Positions 7,337 through 16,040 of a stretch of DNA of 64,000 bases are shown here, in pieces. Location of the stretch: the NCBI GenBank assembly GCA_965229175.1, contig CBDDIT010000045.1:25742-89741 (forward strand). The letters are read 5' to 3'. Numbering within the stretch: position 1 is the first letter of the stretch; every line of letters begins with the position of its first letter. Below the pieces are notes generated by a model. That model did not search any database, had not been told where the DNA came from, and saw only the letters and a list, made by a program, of their open reading frames with translations. Both the position numbers and the translations under genes were made by a program. This DNA comes from Sediminibacterium sp. (lineage in GTDB: Bacteria; Bacteroidota; Bacteroidia; Chitinophagales; Chitinophagaceae).

Positions 7337-9520
7337 TTACCGGATCAGCACAATACTTCCCCTGCTCACTCTTTTTTGTCCTGCCGCATTCACATATTCC
7401 ATTATCCATACATAGGTGGCGGGTGGCTGGGGTAAGCCGTTTAGCTTTCCATTCCATCCCTGTCCGGCACTGCGTGTTTCGTAAACCATTTGTCCAACCC
7501 GGTTATATATCCTGAAAACAAATGCCTGCACTCCTGCGTTCAGGATGGGCTTTGCCAGGTCGTTATTTCCATCCGCATTGGGGGTAAATGCGGAAGGAAC
7601 ATAGATGGTATCGCAATTTACGCCCGCCGAATTCTGGCTATTGATGGTAAATGCCGTTGAATCAACCAGGCAGTTTCCTGATGCATATATTCTTGTGGTA
7701 TAATTACCGGGCAGTAGCCTTGGCACTTCCTGGCCCGACAGGTATCGCTTTCCTTCTACTTCAAAAAAGTACGGGGCTCCGGTACCTGAAATTTGCAGGG
7801 TAACGCGTCCTGGTTGTGATTGAAAACATTCCGCATGTGTAATATGCTGTTGGATGGAGGTGGGTGCTATAACGTAAGGTGGCACCGTACTGCTGGTTTT
7901 CCATTCACAGCCTGCCTGATCTTTTACAACAAACTGGTAGGTACCCGGGGCAAGGCCGTTATAGCTGGTTGCAGCGGAAGGCGTACCTCCATTCATACTC
8001 ACGGTAAAGGGCTGAAGAATATTCGAAATAGTCATCCGGATACTGCCTGTATGGCGATCATAGCAATCCGGGGAAGTAGTGGAAAAATGAATCAGGGGTG
8101 CGGCTACAGTGCTAATAGGTATTACAATTACCGTATCGTATATACAGCCTGCGCTTTGCAACTGAAGATGGTAGGTACCGGCTGCAAGATCTGTAAAATA
8201 ATTACCCGGAATAAAATTACCGCCGTTGATCCTGGCACCTGTTATTACAGGGCTGGGCAGAAAGCTTAGTGTAACCGATCCGCCGCTGTTGCAGGATGCC
8301 GGCGTGATCTCAATTTTACTGAGAGGCAGCGGCGGGGAAACGGAAGCTATTGTGACAGAGCGGGTAAGCAGGCAACCATTTTTATCTTCCATTTTCACCG
8401 TATGTGAGCCAGCGGCGAGGTTTCCGAAAAAGGGAGAGGTTTGCGGGGTATTGTTATTGATGGAAAAAGAGAATGGCTGCGTTCCACTGGTTGGCTGTGC
8501 CAGTATTGAACCCTTCATGGCCCCGCAGGTATCTGCTGTTAATACAAAATTGCCATCGACTTTATCCGCCAGTATTAATACTGCCGTGGTGTCCAGTGAG
8601 CAGCCATTGCTGCTATTGATCCTGATGGCGTAGTTTCCTGCGGAAAGATCAGGGAACTTTCCATCCGTATTTGTAACGGAACTATTGAGTGTGTATTGCA
8701 GGCTCACATTTGCTGTTCCTGATATCGCACTGATACGGATGCTTCCTTTTTCCGCCGTACTGCATTGGGGCGTTATGTTCAGGCTGTTAACAGTGATTCC
8801 CTGGTTGATCCCGGCTTCCGTAATACTAGCCGCATCATATACTTCTATCGGAAGTGTGCAATAGGTACCCAGGATGGCTTTATTGTCGAGGTCCAGTTCC
8901 ACCACCGCGCTTGTGCTGTTGGCTTCCAGGGCATATATCCTGCTGTTGTTACAGTCTACCGGCAAACTGAACAACCCGTAAAATAAGCGACCTGTAGGCA
9001 GAATCAGTTTGCTGGTAACAGGTTTTGCCGAAATATCAATTTCCACAATACCTGCAGTTGATGCCAGCAATAACTTATCCTTATAAAAAACAAGATCGCC
9101 TGCGGCCAGGAAAGGCACCCTGGCGGTAATGGAAGTAACACCGGTTTGCGGGTTAAAGGTAACCAGGTCGCTTCCGGTCATCCAATACAAAATACCATTC
9201 CTGTCTACCGTGAGTGAATTTGCAAAAACATTCCTTGCAAGAACCGTACAAGTCTGGGGCTGGTTAAGAACCGTTCGGTAGAGAACACCCAGGCTGGTAT
9301 AGTATAGCGTATCCTTATAGAGCGCGATGGAAAAAAAACCGGTCTGCGAACCGGCGCAGGGTAGGTCTACGGGTTGAGTTACGCAGGACCCGTTGGAAAC
9401 GTCCAATGAATACAGTTTGCTGTCGGCCGCCGCCATTAATATTTTCTGGCCAGAAACGGTAACGCATAACAGTCCGGCGATGCAGAGTGCAATAATTTTG
9501 GTTATGAAGTGTTGCTTCAT
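7337..9520 (-). CDS. T9SS cargo protein with an N-terminal propeller-like region, about 5 SprB-type repeats and a type-B (gliding-motility-associated) C-terminal sorting domain
   Basis: Has a signal peptide (MKQHFITKIIALCIAGLLCVTVSGQ). Cys-bounded repeats such as CGAMKGSILAQPTSGTQPFSFSINN...NLAAGSHTVKMEDKNGC recur. The C-terminus IYVPSAFTPNADGNNDLAKP...GWNGKLNGLPQPPATYVWIMEY matches the TIGR04131-type CTD pattern. Confidence 0.8.
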   Translation of the reverse strand: MKQHFITKIIALCIAGLLCVTVSGQKILMAAADSKLYSLDVSNGSCVTQPVDLPCAGSQTGFFSIALYKDTLYYTSLGVLYRTVLNQPQTCTVLARNVFANSLTVDRNGILYWMTGSDLVTFNPQTGVTSITARVPFLAAGDLVFYKDKLLLASTAGIVEIDISAKPVTSKLILPTGRLFYGLFSLPVDCNNSRIYALEANSTSAVVELDLDNKAILGTYCTLPIEVYDAASITEAGINQGITVNSLNITPQCSTAEKGSIRISAISGTANVSLQYTLNSSVTNTDGKFPDLSAGNYAIRINSSNGCSLDTTAVLILADKVDGNFVLTADTCGAMKGSILAQPTSGTQPFSFSINNNTPQTSPFFGNLAAGSHTVKMEDKNGCLLTRSVTIASVSPPLPLSKIEITPASCNSGGSVTLSFLPSPVITGARINGGNFIPGNYFTDLAAGTYHLQLQSAGCIYDTVIVIPISTVAAPLIHFSTTSPDCYDRHTGSIRMTISNILQPFTVSMNGGTPSAATSYNGLAPGTYQFVVKDQAGCEWKTSSTVPPYVIAPTSIQQHITHAECFQSQPGRVTLQISGTGAPYFFEVEGKRYLSGQEVPRLLPGNYTTRIYASGNCLVDSTAFTINSQNSAGVNCDTIYVPSAFTPNADGNNDLAKPILNAGVQAFVFRIYNRVGQMVYETRSAGQGWNGKLNGLPQPPATYVWIMEYVNAAGQKRVSRGSIVLIR

Positions 9521-9615
9521 CAGTTAACTGGATCTGAGCATTATCCCAGCGGTAAAGTATATTTTCTGCCGGATATTTACTCCATTCCTGCGGTTCGCAG
9601 TTTCAATATCGTCCT

Positions 9616-10935
9616 TTATCTACGCATGCCCGGCAGCTTTCCCATCGGCATATTATTCATCATCTTCATCATCTGCTTCATTTGTTCGAACTGTTTCATA
9701 AAAGCATTGACTTCCGAAATGTCCTTTCCGCTGCCTTTGGCTATACGTGTTTTTCTGCTGGGAGTGAGGGAATCCGGGTTGGCGCGTTCGAAGGGTGTCA
9801 TAGAGCTGATCATCGCCTCTATTCCCTTGAAAGCATCATCATTGATATCAATGTCCTTTACGGCTTTTCCAACCCCGGGTATCATCCCCATCAGGTCTTT
9901 CAGGTTACCCATTTTCTTAATCTGCTGCAGCTGATCCATAAAATCCTGGAAATCGAACTGGTTCTTGCGGATCTTTTTCTCCAGTTTCTTTGCCTCGGCT
10001 TCATTGTACTGGGCCTGCGCTTTTTCTACGAGTGTTGTAATATCACCCATTCCCAGTATTCTTTGCGCCATCCGTTCAGGATAGAATACATCCAGGGTAT
10101 CCATCTTTTCCCCGCTGCTTACAAACTTAATGGGTTTGTTAACTGTGTATTTAATGGAAAGTGCCGCTCCCCCACGGGTATCTCCATCCAGTTTGGTGAG
10201 TACTACGCCGGTAAAATCAAGCCGGTCGTTAAATGCTTTCGCTGTGTTTACCGCATCCTGGCCGGTCATTGCATCCACCACAAACAATATTTCCGATGGG
10301 TTAATCGCATGTTTTATATCCGAAACCTCGGTCATCATCGCTTCATCTATCGCCAAACGGCCGGCGGTATCTATGATGATCACATTTTTGTTCTTTGTCT
10401 TTGCTTCCTTAATGGCGTTCTGCGCAATGGAAACCGCATTTTTATTGTCGGGTTCGCTATAAATATCCACCCCCACCTGGCCGGCCAAAACCGTTAACTG
10501 GTCGATAGCCGCGGGCCGATAGATATCCGCCGCTACCAGCAATACCGATTTGCCTTTTTTTGTTTTGAGATAATGGGCCAGCTTACCGGTAAAAGTTGTT
10601 TTACCACTACCCTGCAATCCCGCGATCAGAATAATGGTGGGGTTGCCGCTGATATTAAACTGCGCCTCTTCGCCCCCCATCAATTGCGTTAGTTCATCCT
10701 GCACAATCTTCACCATCAACTGTCCCGGGCTGATCGCATTGATCACCTTCTCCCCCACCGCCTTATCGCGCACCTTATCGGTAAACTCTTTGGCTATCTT
10801 GAAGTTCACATCAGCGTCTATCAGCGCACGGCGGATTTCTTTTACTGTATTGGCAATATTAAGATCGTTGATACGGGCTTCGCCTTTGAGATTCTTAAAG
10901 GCAGATTCGAGCTTTTCACTGAGAGAATTAAACAT
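9616..10935 (-). CDS. ffh: Signal recognition particle protein Ffh
   Basis: Begins MFNSLSEKLESAFKNLKG and carries the GTPase motifs GLQGSGKTT, DTAGR and TKLD, plus a Met-rich M domain at the C-terminus. I chose the internal ATG at 10935. Confidence 0.93.
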   Translation of the reverse strand: MFNSLSEKLESAFKNLKGEARINDLNIANTVKEIRRALIDADVNFKIAKEFTDKVRDKAVGEKVINAISPGQLMVKIVQDELTQLMGGEEAQFNISGNPTIILIAGLQGSGKTTFTGKLAHYLKTKKGKSVLLVAADIYRPAAIDQLTVLAGQVGVDIYSEPDNKNAVSIAQNAIKEAKTKNKNVIIIDTAGRLAIDEAMMTEVSDIKHAINPSEILFVVDAMTGQDAVNTAKAFNDRLDFTGVVLTKLDGDTRGGAALSIKYTVNKPIKFVSSGEKMDTLDVFYPERMAQRILGMGDITTLVEKAQAQYNEAEAKKLEKKIRKNQFDFQDFMDQLQQIKKMGNLKDLMGMIPGVGKAVKDIDINDDAFKGIEAMISSMTPFERANPDSLTPSRKTRIAKGSGKDISEVNAFMKQFEQMKQMMKMMNNMPMGKLPGMRR

Positions 10936-11043
10936 GGATCGCGTATTGTATGATTTTTTTATGATTTTTTTATGATTCCGGAGCGGCAACAGGCTTACAT
11001 TTCTGCATGTACGAATCTTTTAAATTGGAGGCTGGGGCAATAC

Positions 11044-11074
11044 AAAAAAATACCCCTGATCTGCCATCAGGGGT
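11044..11074 (-). terminator. Rho-independent terminator downstream of rpoD
   Basis: On the minus strand the sequence reads ACCCCTGAT-GGCAG-ATCAGGGGT followed by ATTTTTTTG. The 9-bp GC-rich stem is at 11052-11060 / 11066-11074 and the T-tract at 11044-11050. Confidence 0.7.
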
Positions 11075-11171
11075 GCAAATATCGCCTATTCAACTGATTT
11101 TGATAAAAACTTTCACCCCAATACCTTCTCCCTCCTACTAAAAAATCATAAAAAAATCATCCAATCCGTGA

Positions 11172-12038
11172 TCACCCGAGGTAAAACCGCAAATGCTTAC
11201 ACCGGTTGGTGCTCCTGAGTTTGGTTATCGCCTTGTCTTTGATCTGCCTTACTCTTTCGCGCGTCAGATGAAATTTTTCGCCGATGTCTTCCAGGCTAAG
11301 GGGATGGTCAACGCCGATACCATAGAAAAAACACAATACCTCTTTCTGCCGTTCGGTAAGGGTTCGCAGGCTTCTTTCTATCTCCATGCGGAGTGACTCA
11401 TGGTGTACCAGGTTCTGGTCGGTTCTGTCGGCATTGGGGTTTTCCATCATGTCCATCAGCGTGCCATCTTCCCCGTCTGACAATGGCGAGTCCATGCTCA
11501 CATGCCTGAAACCGGCACTCATGGTGGCTGTTACCTCTTCTACCCCGATATCGAGCATATCCGCCAGTTCCTGTGGGGTAGGCTCCCGCTCAAACTCCTG
11601 TTCCAACTGCTGGTAAGCTTTGCTGATACGGTTGGTAAGGCCTACTTTGTTCAGGGGCAGCCGCACAATACGACTTTGCTCGGCCAGTGACTGCAGTATG
11701 CTCTGCCGGATCCACCAAACGGCGTAGGAGATAAATTTAAACCCCCGGGTTTCATCAAACCTCAGTGCCGCTTTAATCAGTCCCAGGTTTCCTTCATTGA
11801 TCAGGTCGGGAAGCGTTAATCCCTGGTTCTGGTACTGCTTGGCAACAGAAACCACAAATCGTAAATTGGATTTAACCAGCCGGTCCAGTGCACATTGATC
11901 GCCCTCCCTTATACGGAGGGCCAGCTTTACTTCTTCTTCCGGGGAGATCAGCTCAACTTTTCCGATCTCCTGCAGGTACTTTTCGAGGCTCTGCGACTCG
12001 CGGTTGGTAATAGACTTCGTTATTTTGAGTTGACGCAT
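11172..12038 (-). CDS. rpoD: Primary RNA polymerase sigma factor (sigma-70 family, Bacteroidota SigA type)
   Basis: Begins [27 protein letters not shown]. Region 2 ([13 protein letters not shown]) and region 4 ([24 protein letters not shown]) are recognisable. An alternative ATG at 12044 would add 2 aa. Confidence 0.9.
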   Translation of the reverse strand: MRQLKITKSITNRESQSLEKYLQEIGKVELISPEEEVKLALRIREGDQCALDRLVKSNLRFVVSVAKQYQNQGLTLPDLINEGNLGLIKAALRFDETRGFKFISYAVWWIRQSILQSLAEQSRIVRLPLNKVGLTNRISKAYQQLEQEFEREPTPQELADMLDIGVEEVTATMSAGFRHVSMDSPLSDGEDGTLMDMMENPNADRTDQNLVHHESLRMEIERSLRTLTERQKEVLCFFYGIGVDHPLSLEDIGEKFHLTRERVRQIKDKAITKLRSTNRCKHLRFYLG

Positions 12039-12329
12039 ACTCATAATAAGCAGTTTAGGTTGTATATAGTTTTGGTAGTGCGCTTGGGGTATGTACCGGC
12101 GGGGGACCGGGATCACGAAATCGTCTACAGCAATTTAAGAAAAAAATAATATCCGGCAAAAAAAATAATTATTATAACATACTGATTTACAGTCGCTTAC
12201 AAGGCTGCTTTTGGGGAGGTTTTTATTTGTACACCGGAAACCGTGTAAGGTGCTAAAAAAACATTTGCATCAGAAGGATTATTTAATATTATTGCAGCCC
12301 TACGATGATTGTAGATTAAAGAGATTGTA

Positions 12330-12716
12330 ATGAGTAAGAAGCAACTATTTACGTTGGAGTTCCCGGTCAGATGTTCACCCAGTATTTTATTCGAATTTTT
12401 AGCCACACCAGCAGGATTACAGGAATGGTTTGCAGATAAAGTGGATGAATGGGAAAATGTGTACAGCTTTTCATGGAATGGAGAGAAGCCCGATAAAGCG
12501 GAGATTGTAGACAAGGAGGAAGATAAATTTGTGCGGTATCACTGGCTGCATTCCGATAAGAACGAATACTTCGAATTCAAAATAGAGAAAACAGAGATCT
12601 CTAATCAGACCATTCTGGTGATTAAGGACTTTGCTGAAAAGAATGAAATCAAAGACCAGAGCCAGCTTTGGGAGTACCAGGTGAAGGATTTGTTTCACCG
12701 CCTGGGAAGTGCTTAA
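12330..12716 (+). CDS. START-like / SRPBCC (AHSA1-like) domain protein
   Basis: The N-terminus LEFPVRCSPSILFEFLATPAGLQEWFADKV is typical of small START-like domain proteins, and the size (128 aa) fits. Confidence 0.6.
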   Translation: MSKKQLFTLEFPVRCSPSILFEFLATPAGLQEWFADKVDEWENVYSFSWNGEKPDKAEIVDKEEDKFVRYHWLHSDKNEYFEFKIEKTEISNQTILVIKDFAEKNEIKDQSQLWEYQVKDLFHRLGSA

Positions 12717-13318
12717 ATATTACCAAGCATTTGCAGTATTTCCTCGAAACTAACGTTCAGCAACTCCGGCATTCTGTCCCATTCCTGTAACGGAAATCTT
12801 TTGGTGAGTTTAATAAAATGATGGGAAGAAAATACTTCCGGCGCAAGTTCGAGTGCTTTGTAATTATCTTCCCGGAAATGATGGGCCCACTGATCCTGGC
12901 CCGTTCCCATCAGCCAGTTTTCGCTGCGTTCCGGATACAATGTAAAATACCTGTGGATAGCCCCTGCATATAACAGCTGGTACTTGCCTGTCAGCTGCAG
13001 GGTGATGCTGAATCCGTTTCCCCACCAGAAGAAGCTTCGTATTCCAAATCCATCCTCCTGTGTATAGTACCGTGGCTGATCCAGCATTACCCAGGGAAGC
13101 CCTTCGTACTGCTCACCCCTGGATATCTTGGGTGAAAGAGTTCCGATGATTTCTTTATCATCTATCGAACTTTTCTCCCAGGCCAGGGTATACGCCGCAC
13201 TTACTTCGCCAAAAAGCTGGTAAACCTTTTGTATAATAGCGTTCTTTGTTAAAATCCAGCCGGTAGCTGTTACCAGTTCCCGTTCCTCTGATGAAAGCGT
13301 TACTTTTGCGGGGCTCAT
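12713..13318 (-). CDS. Hypothetical protein
   Basis: This is a clean 201-aa ORF with normal composition that is convergent with the START-like gene. I recognise no family. Confidence 0.55.
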   Translation of the reverse strand: MSPAKVTLSSEERELVTATGWILTKNAIIQKVYQLFGEVSAAYTLAWEKSSIDDKEIIGTLSPKISRGEQYEGLPWVMLDQPRYYTQEDGFGIRSFFWWGNGFSITLQLTGKYQLLYAGAIHRYFTLYPERSENWLMGTGQDQWAHHFREDNYKALELAPEVFSSHHFIKLTKRFPLQEWDRMPELLNVSFEEILQMLGNI

Positions 13319-13341
13319 CGGTCAATATTAAGACGCACAAA

Positions 13342-14778
13342 GTGATAAAAAAACTTGATATCCTCATCATCCGCTCATTTGTAGGGCCTTTTATCGCCGC
13401 GTTTGGTATTTCGCTTTTCGTATTAACCATGCAATTCTTCTGGTTATATATAGATGACCTGGTAGGTAAGGGCCTGGAACTTTTTACGGTATTAAAACTG
13501 GTAGGGCTGGTTACATTGATCTGGGTACCTACGGCATTGCCACTGGCCCTGCTTTTTTCCTCCATTATGACCTTTGGCAATCTTGGCGAGTCATTTGAAC
13601 TGGTAGCCATCAAAGCGTCTGGGATACCCTTGCTGCGCTTTATGCGGCCGTTGCTGATCATCGCTGTATTTATCAGTGGGCTGGCTTTCGTTTTTGCCAA
13701 TAACTTCATCCCGGTAACCCAGATGAAATTATCGGCACTTAAATATGATATTATTGTTGCTAAACCCGCTTTTGATATCAAGGAGGGGGTTTTCTATGAT
13801 AAGATAGACGGCTATGTTATCAAGCTGGGCCGTAAGGAAAAGAACGACAGTATCATTCATGATATCGTAATCTTTGATAAGAACCGGGGCCTGCAGGATT
13901 ATTTAATGATTGCGAAAAGCGGGGTGATGCGGATTACGAAAGACAAACGCTTTCTTGAGTTTGTGCTGAAAGATGGCTGGCGTTATGAAGAAGCCGGCCC
14001 GCGCAACTCGGTAAATACACAGTTTACACGCATGGGATTCAAGGAATACAAGAAAGTGTTTGACCTGAAGAGTTTCCAGCTGAATAAAACAGGCGACAGT
14101 GCTTTTTACGACCCCAAGATGCTGAGTGTGCGCCAGCTTAATAAAACGATCGATTCGCTGAATAACCTCGACTCGTTTTATGTGAAGAAGGCGGATAAGG
14201 AGTATAATTTTTATCTCAGGTTTACAAAATTTGCGGATACCGGCTGGGTTAAGACAGATACCCTGAAATACGCCCGGGGAAAAGATATCGACGCTATGAT
14301 GCCCGATTCCATCCGGCAGAATGTATATACCTCAGCCATCAACCAGCTCACCAGCGTAAGGGGTGGCGTGGGTATGCTGGCAAATGATTACAATGAGAAA
14401 CATAAGAACCTGCGTCTTCACGAGATAGAATGGCACCGGAAGTTTACACTCTCGGTAGCCTGCCTGGTACTGTTCCTCATCGGCGCGCCGCTGGGCTCCA
14501 TCATCCGTAAGGGAGGTTTGGGAACACCGCTGGTTTTTGCGATCATTTTTTTCGTGATTTTTCACCTCTTCAACACCTTTGGCGAGAAATTTGTAAAGTC
14601 AGAAGAGATCAGTCCGCTGGGTGGCATGTGGTTATCTACCTTTATACTGATACCCATTGGCTGCTTCCTTACGTACAAAGCCATGCGCGACTCGCAACTC
14701 TTTAACCAGGAATCTTATTACCGAGCCTTCCGGAAGTTGCGGGGATTTTTGGTTAATTTCAGGTTGTCTAAAAAGTAA
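13342..14778 (+). CDS. LptF/LptG (YjgP/YjgQ) family permease
   Basis: Begins (V)IKKLDILIIRSFVGPFIAAFGISLFVLTMQFFWLYIDDLVGKG, the typical LptF/G N-terminus, and has C-terminal TM helices. I chose the GTG at 13342 to avoid overlap with the divergent gene. The ORF-track ATG at 13291 is the alternative. Confidence 0.8.
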   Translation: MIKKLDILIIRSFVGPFIAAFGISLFVLTMQFFWLYIDDLVGKGLELFTVLKLVGLVTLIWVPTALPLALLFSSIMTFGNLGESFELVAIKASGIPLLRFMRPLLIIAVFISGLAFVFANNFIPVTQMKLSALKYDIIVAKPAFDIKEGVFYDKIDGYVIKLGRKEKNDSIIHDIVIFDKNRGLQDYLMIAKSGVMRITKDKRFLEFVLKDGWRYEEAGPRNSVNTQFTRMGFKEYKKVFDLKSFQLNKTGDSAFYDPKMLSVRQLNKTIDSLNNLDSFYVKKADKEYNFYLRFTKFADTGWVKTDTLKYARGKDIDAMMPDSIRQNVYTSAINQLTSVRGGVGMLANDYNEKHKNLRLHEIEWHRKFTLSVACLVLFLIGAPLGSIIRKGGLGTPLVFAIIFFVIFHLFNTFGEKFVKSEEISPLGGMWLSTFILIPIGCFLTYKAMRDSQLFNQESYYRAFRKLRGFLVNFRLSKK

Positions 14779-14796
14779 ACGTAAAACCTATCCTAT

Positions 14797-15522
14797 ATGT
14801 CCCATCATGATAACAGCCGCCGTGAATTTATTAAAAATACTACCAGGGCGGGGCTTGCTACCGGCATTGCCTTAACCGTTTTGCCTTCCTGGGCCGGTAC
14901 TCATTCATTTGCGCCTACTCCTTTTGCGCAACAGCCTTTACCGTATGGCTATACGGCACTGGAGCCGGTTATTGACGCTTTAACCATGGAAATCCATTAT
15001 TCCAAACACGCCGCCACGTATGCAAAAAACCTGGCTGACGCCTGTGCGGCAGAAAAAGTAGACACGGGCAGTGTAAAGCTGGAAGATGTTTTGAGGAATA
15101 TCTCGAAATACTCGGCCAAAATGCGCAACAATGGAGGCGGGCATTATAACCATGAGCTTTTCTGGCAATGTATGAAACCGGGTGCGGCTTCAAAGCCAAC
15201 CGGCAAATTGCTGGATGCCATTACCAGCTCTTTCGGCTCTTTTGAGGCATTTACTACCCAATTCAGTGATGCGGGTAAAAACCGTTTCGGCAGCGGATGG
15301 GCCTGGCTGGTACAGAATGCGGATAAAAAACTGGTAGTAGGTTCAACTCCTAACCAGGATAATCCCCTGATGGATATCAGTGAACTGAAAGGAACGCCAC
15401 TGCTGGGACTTGATGTTTGGGAGCATGCTTACTACCTGAAGTATCAAAATAAAAGACCCGACTATATTGCCAACTGGTGGAATGTAGTGAACTGGGATTT
15501 CGTACAATCCCGGATGGCTTGA
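14797..15522 (+). CDS. Fe/Mn superoxide dismutase with a twin-arginine (Tat) signal peptide
   Basis: The N-terminus SRREFIKNTTRAGLATGIALTVLPSWA fits the S/T-R-R-x-F-L-K Tat consensus. The SOD core motifs IHYSKHAATY and DVWEHAYYLKYQNKRPDYI are present. Confidence 0.88.
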   Translation: MSHHDNSRREFIKNTTRAGLATGIALTVLPSWAGTHSFAPTPFAQQPLPYGYTALEPVIDALTMEIHYSKHAATYAKNLADACAAEKVDTGSVKLEDVLRNISKYSAKMRNNGGGHYNHELFWQCMKPGAASKPTGKLLDAITSSFGSFEAFTTQFSDAGKNRFGSGWAWLVQNADKKLVVGSTPNQDNPLMDISELKGTPLLGLDVWEHAYYLKYQNKRPDYIANWWNVVNWDFVQSRMA

Positions 15523-15555
15523 TCTGTATAATCATACTTTAAAATCATATAATCC

Positions 15556-15966
15556 GTGATCGTTACAACTAACTGGGCCGGCGCACTTGCTTTTGATGCG
15601 GTGGCGGATACAGGCCATACTTTGCGAATAGATACTTCCGTTGAGGGCGGCGGCTTAGGAACCGGCATGAACCCCAAAAAAATGCTGCTGGCTTCCGTGA
15701 GTGGCTGCAGCGGTATGGATGTGGTAGATATCCTCAGAAAAGGTAAAGTGGCTTTCAACAAACTGGAGATTGTAGCGGAAGCCGAACAAACGGAAGAACA
15801 TCCGAAAGTTTTCAAATTTATTACAATGACCTACCGGGTTGATGCGGATGCGATGGACCTGGAGAAAGTAAAACGCGCAGTAGCACTTTCCCACGAAAAA
15901 TACTGCGGTGTTTCTGCCATGCTGTCCAAGCACTGTGATATTACCTATACCGTAGAGCTGTTATAA
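15556..15966 (+). CDS. osmC: OsmC-family peroxiredoxin / hydroperoxide reductase
   Basis: Size (136 aa) fits, and the two conserved Cys contexts SVSGCSGMDVV and KYCGVSAML are present. The start is a GTG, 33 nt after the SOD stop. Confidence 0.8.
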   Translation: MIVTTNWAGALAFDAVADTGHTLRIDTSVEGGGLGTGMNPKKMLLASVSGCSGMDVVDILRKGKVAFNKLEIVAEAEQTEEHPKVFKFITMTYRVDADAMDLEKVKRAVALSHEKYCGVSAMLSKHCDITYTVELL

Positions 15967-15978
15967 AGATCCAATTAT

Positions 15979-16028
15979 CAATGTCCAATGTCAAATGAAA
16001 ACAGCGGTTCATTGGACATTGGACATTG
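15979..16028. terminator. Hairpin between convergent genes (candidate bidirectional terminator)
   Basis: Arm 15979-15999 (caatgtccaatgtcaaatgaa) pairs with 16008-16028 (ttcattggacattggacattg), giving a 21-bp stem with one mismatch and an 8-nt loop. Only weak T-runs flank it. Confidence 0.5.
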
Positions 16029-16040
16029 GTAATTTCTCCC

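Noticed and set aside
9682-10497. A 271-aa plus-strand ORF antisense to ffh, and similar long antisense ORFs at 21019-21831 (antisense to M20), 13158-13781 (LptF/G), 25211-25795 and 24528-25022 (ade), 31685-32248 (bshA), 27589-28092 (mpg) and 2102-2476.
   Set aside because: Each lies wholly within a well-supported conserved gene on the other strand. Their composition is Cys/His/Arg-rich and atypical, and they have no recognisable motifs.
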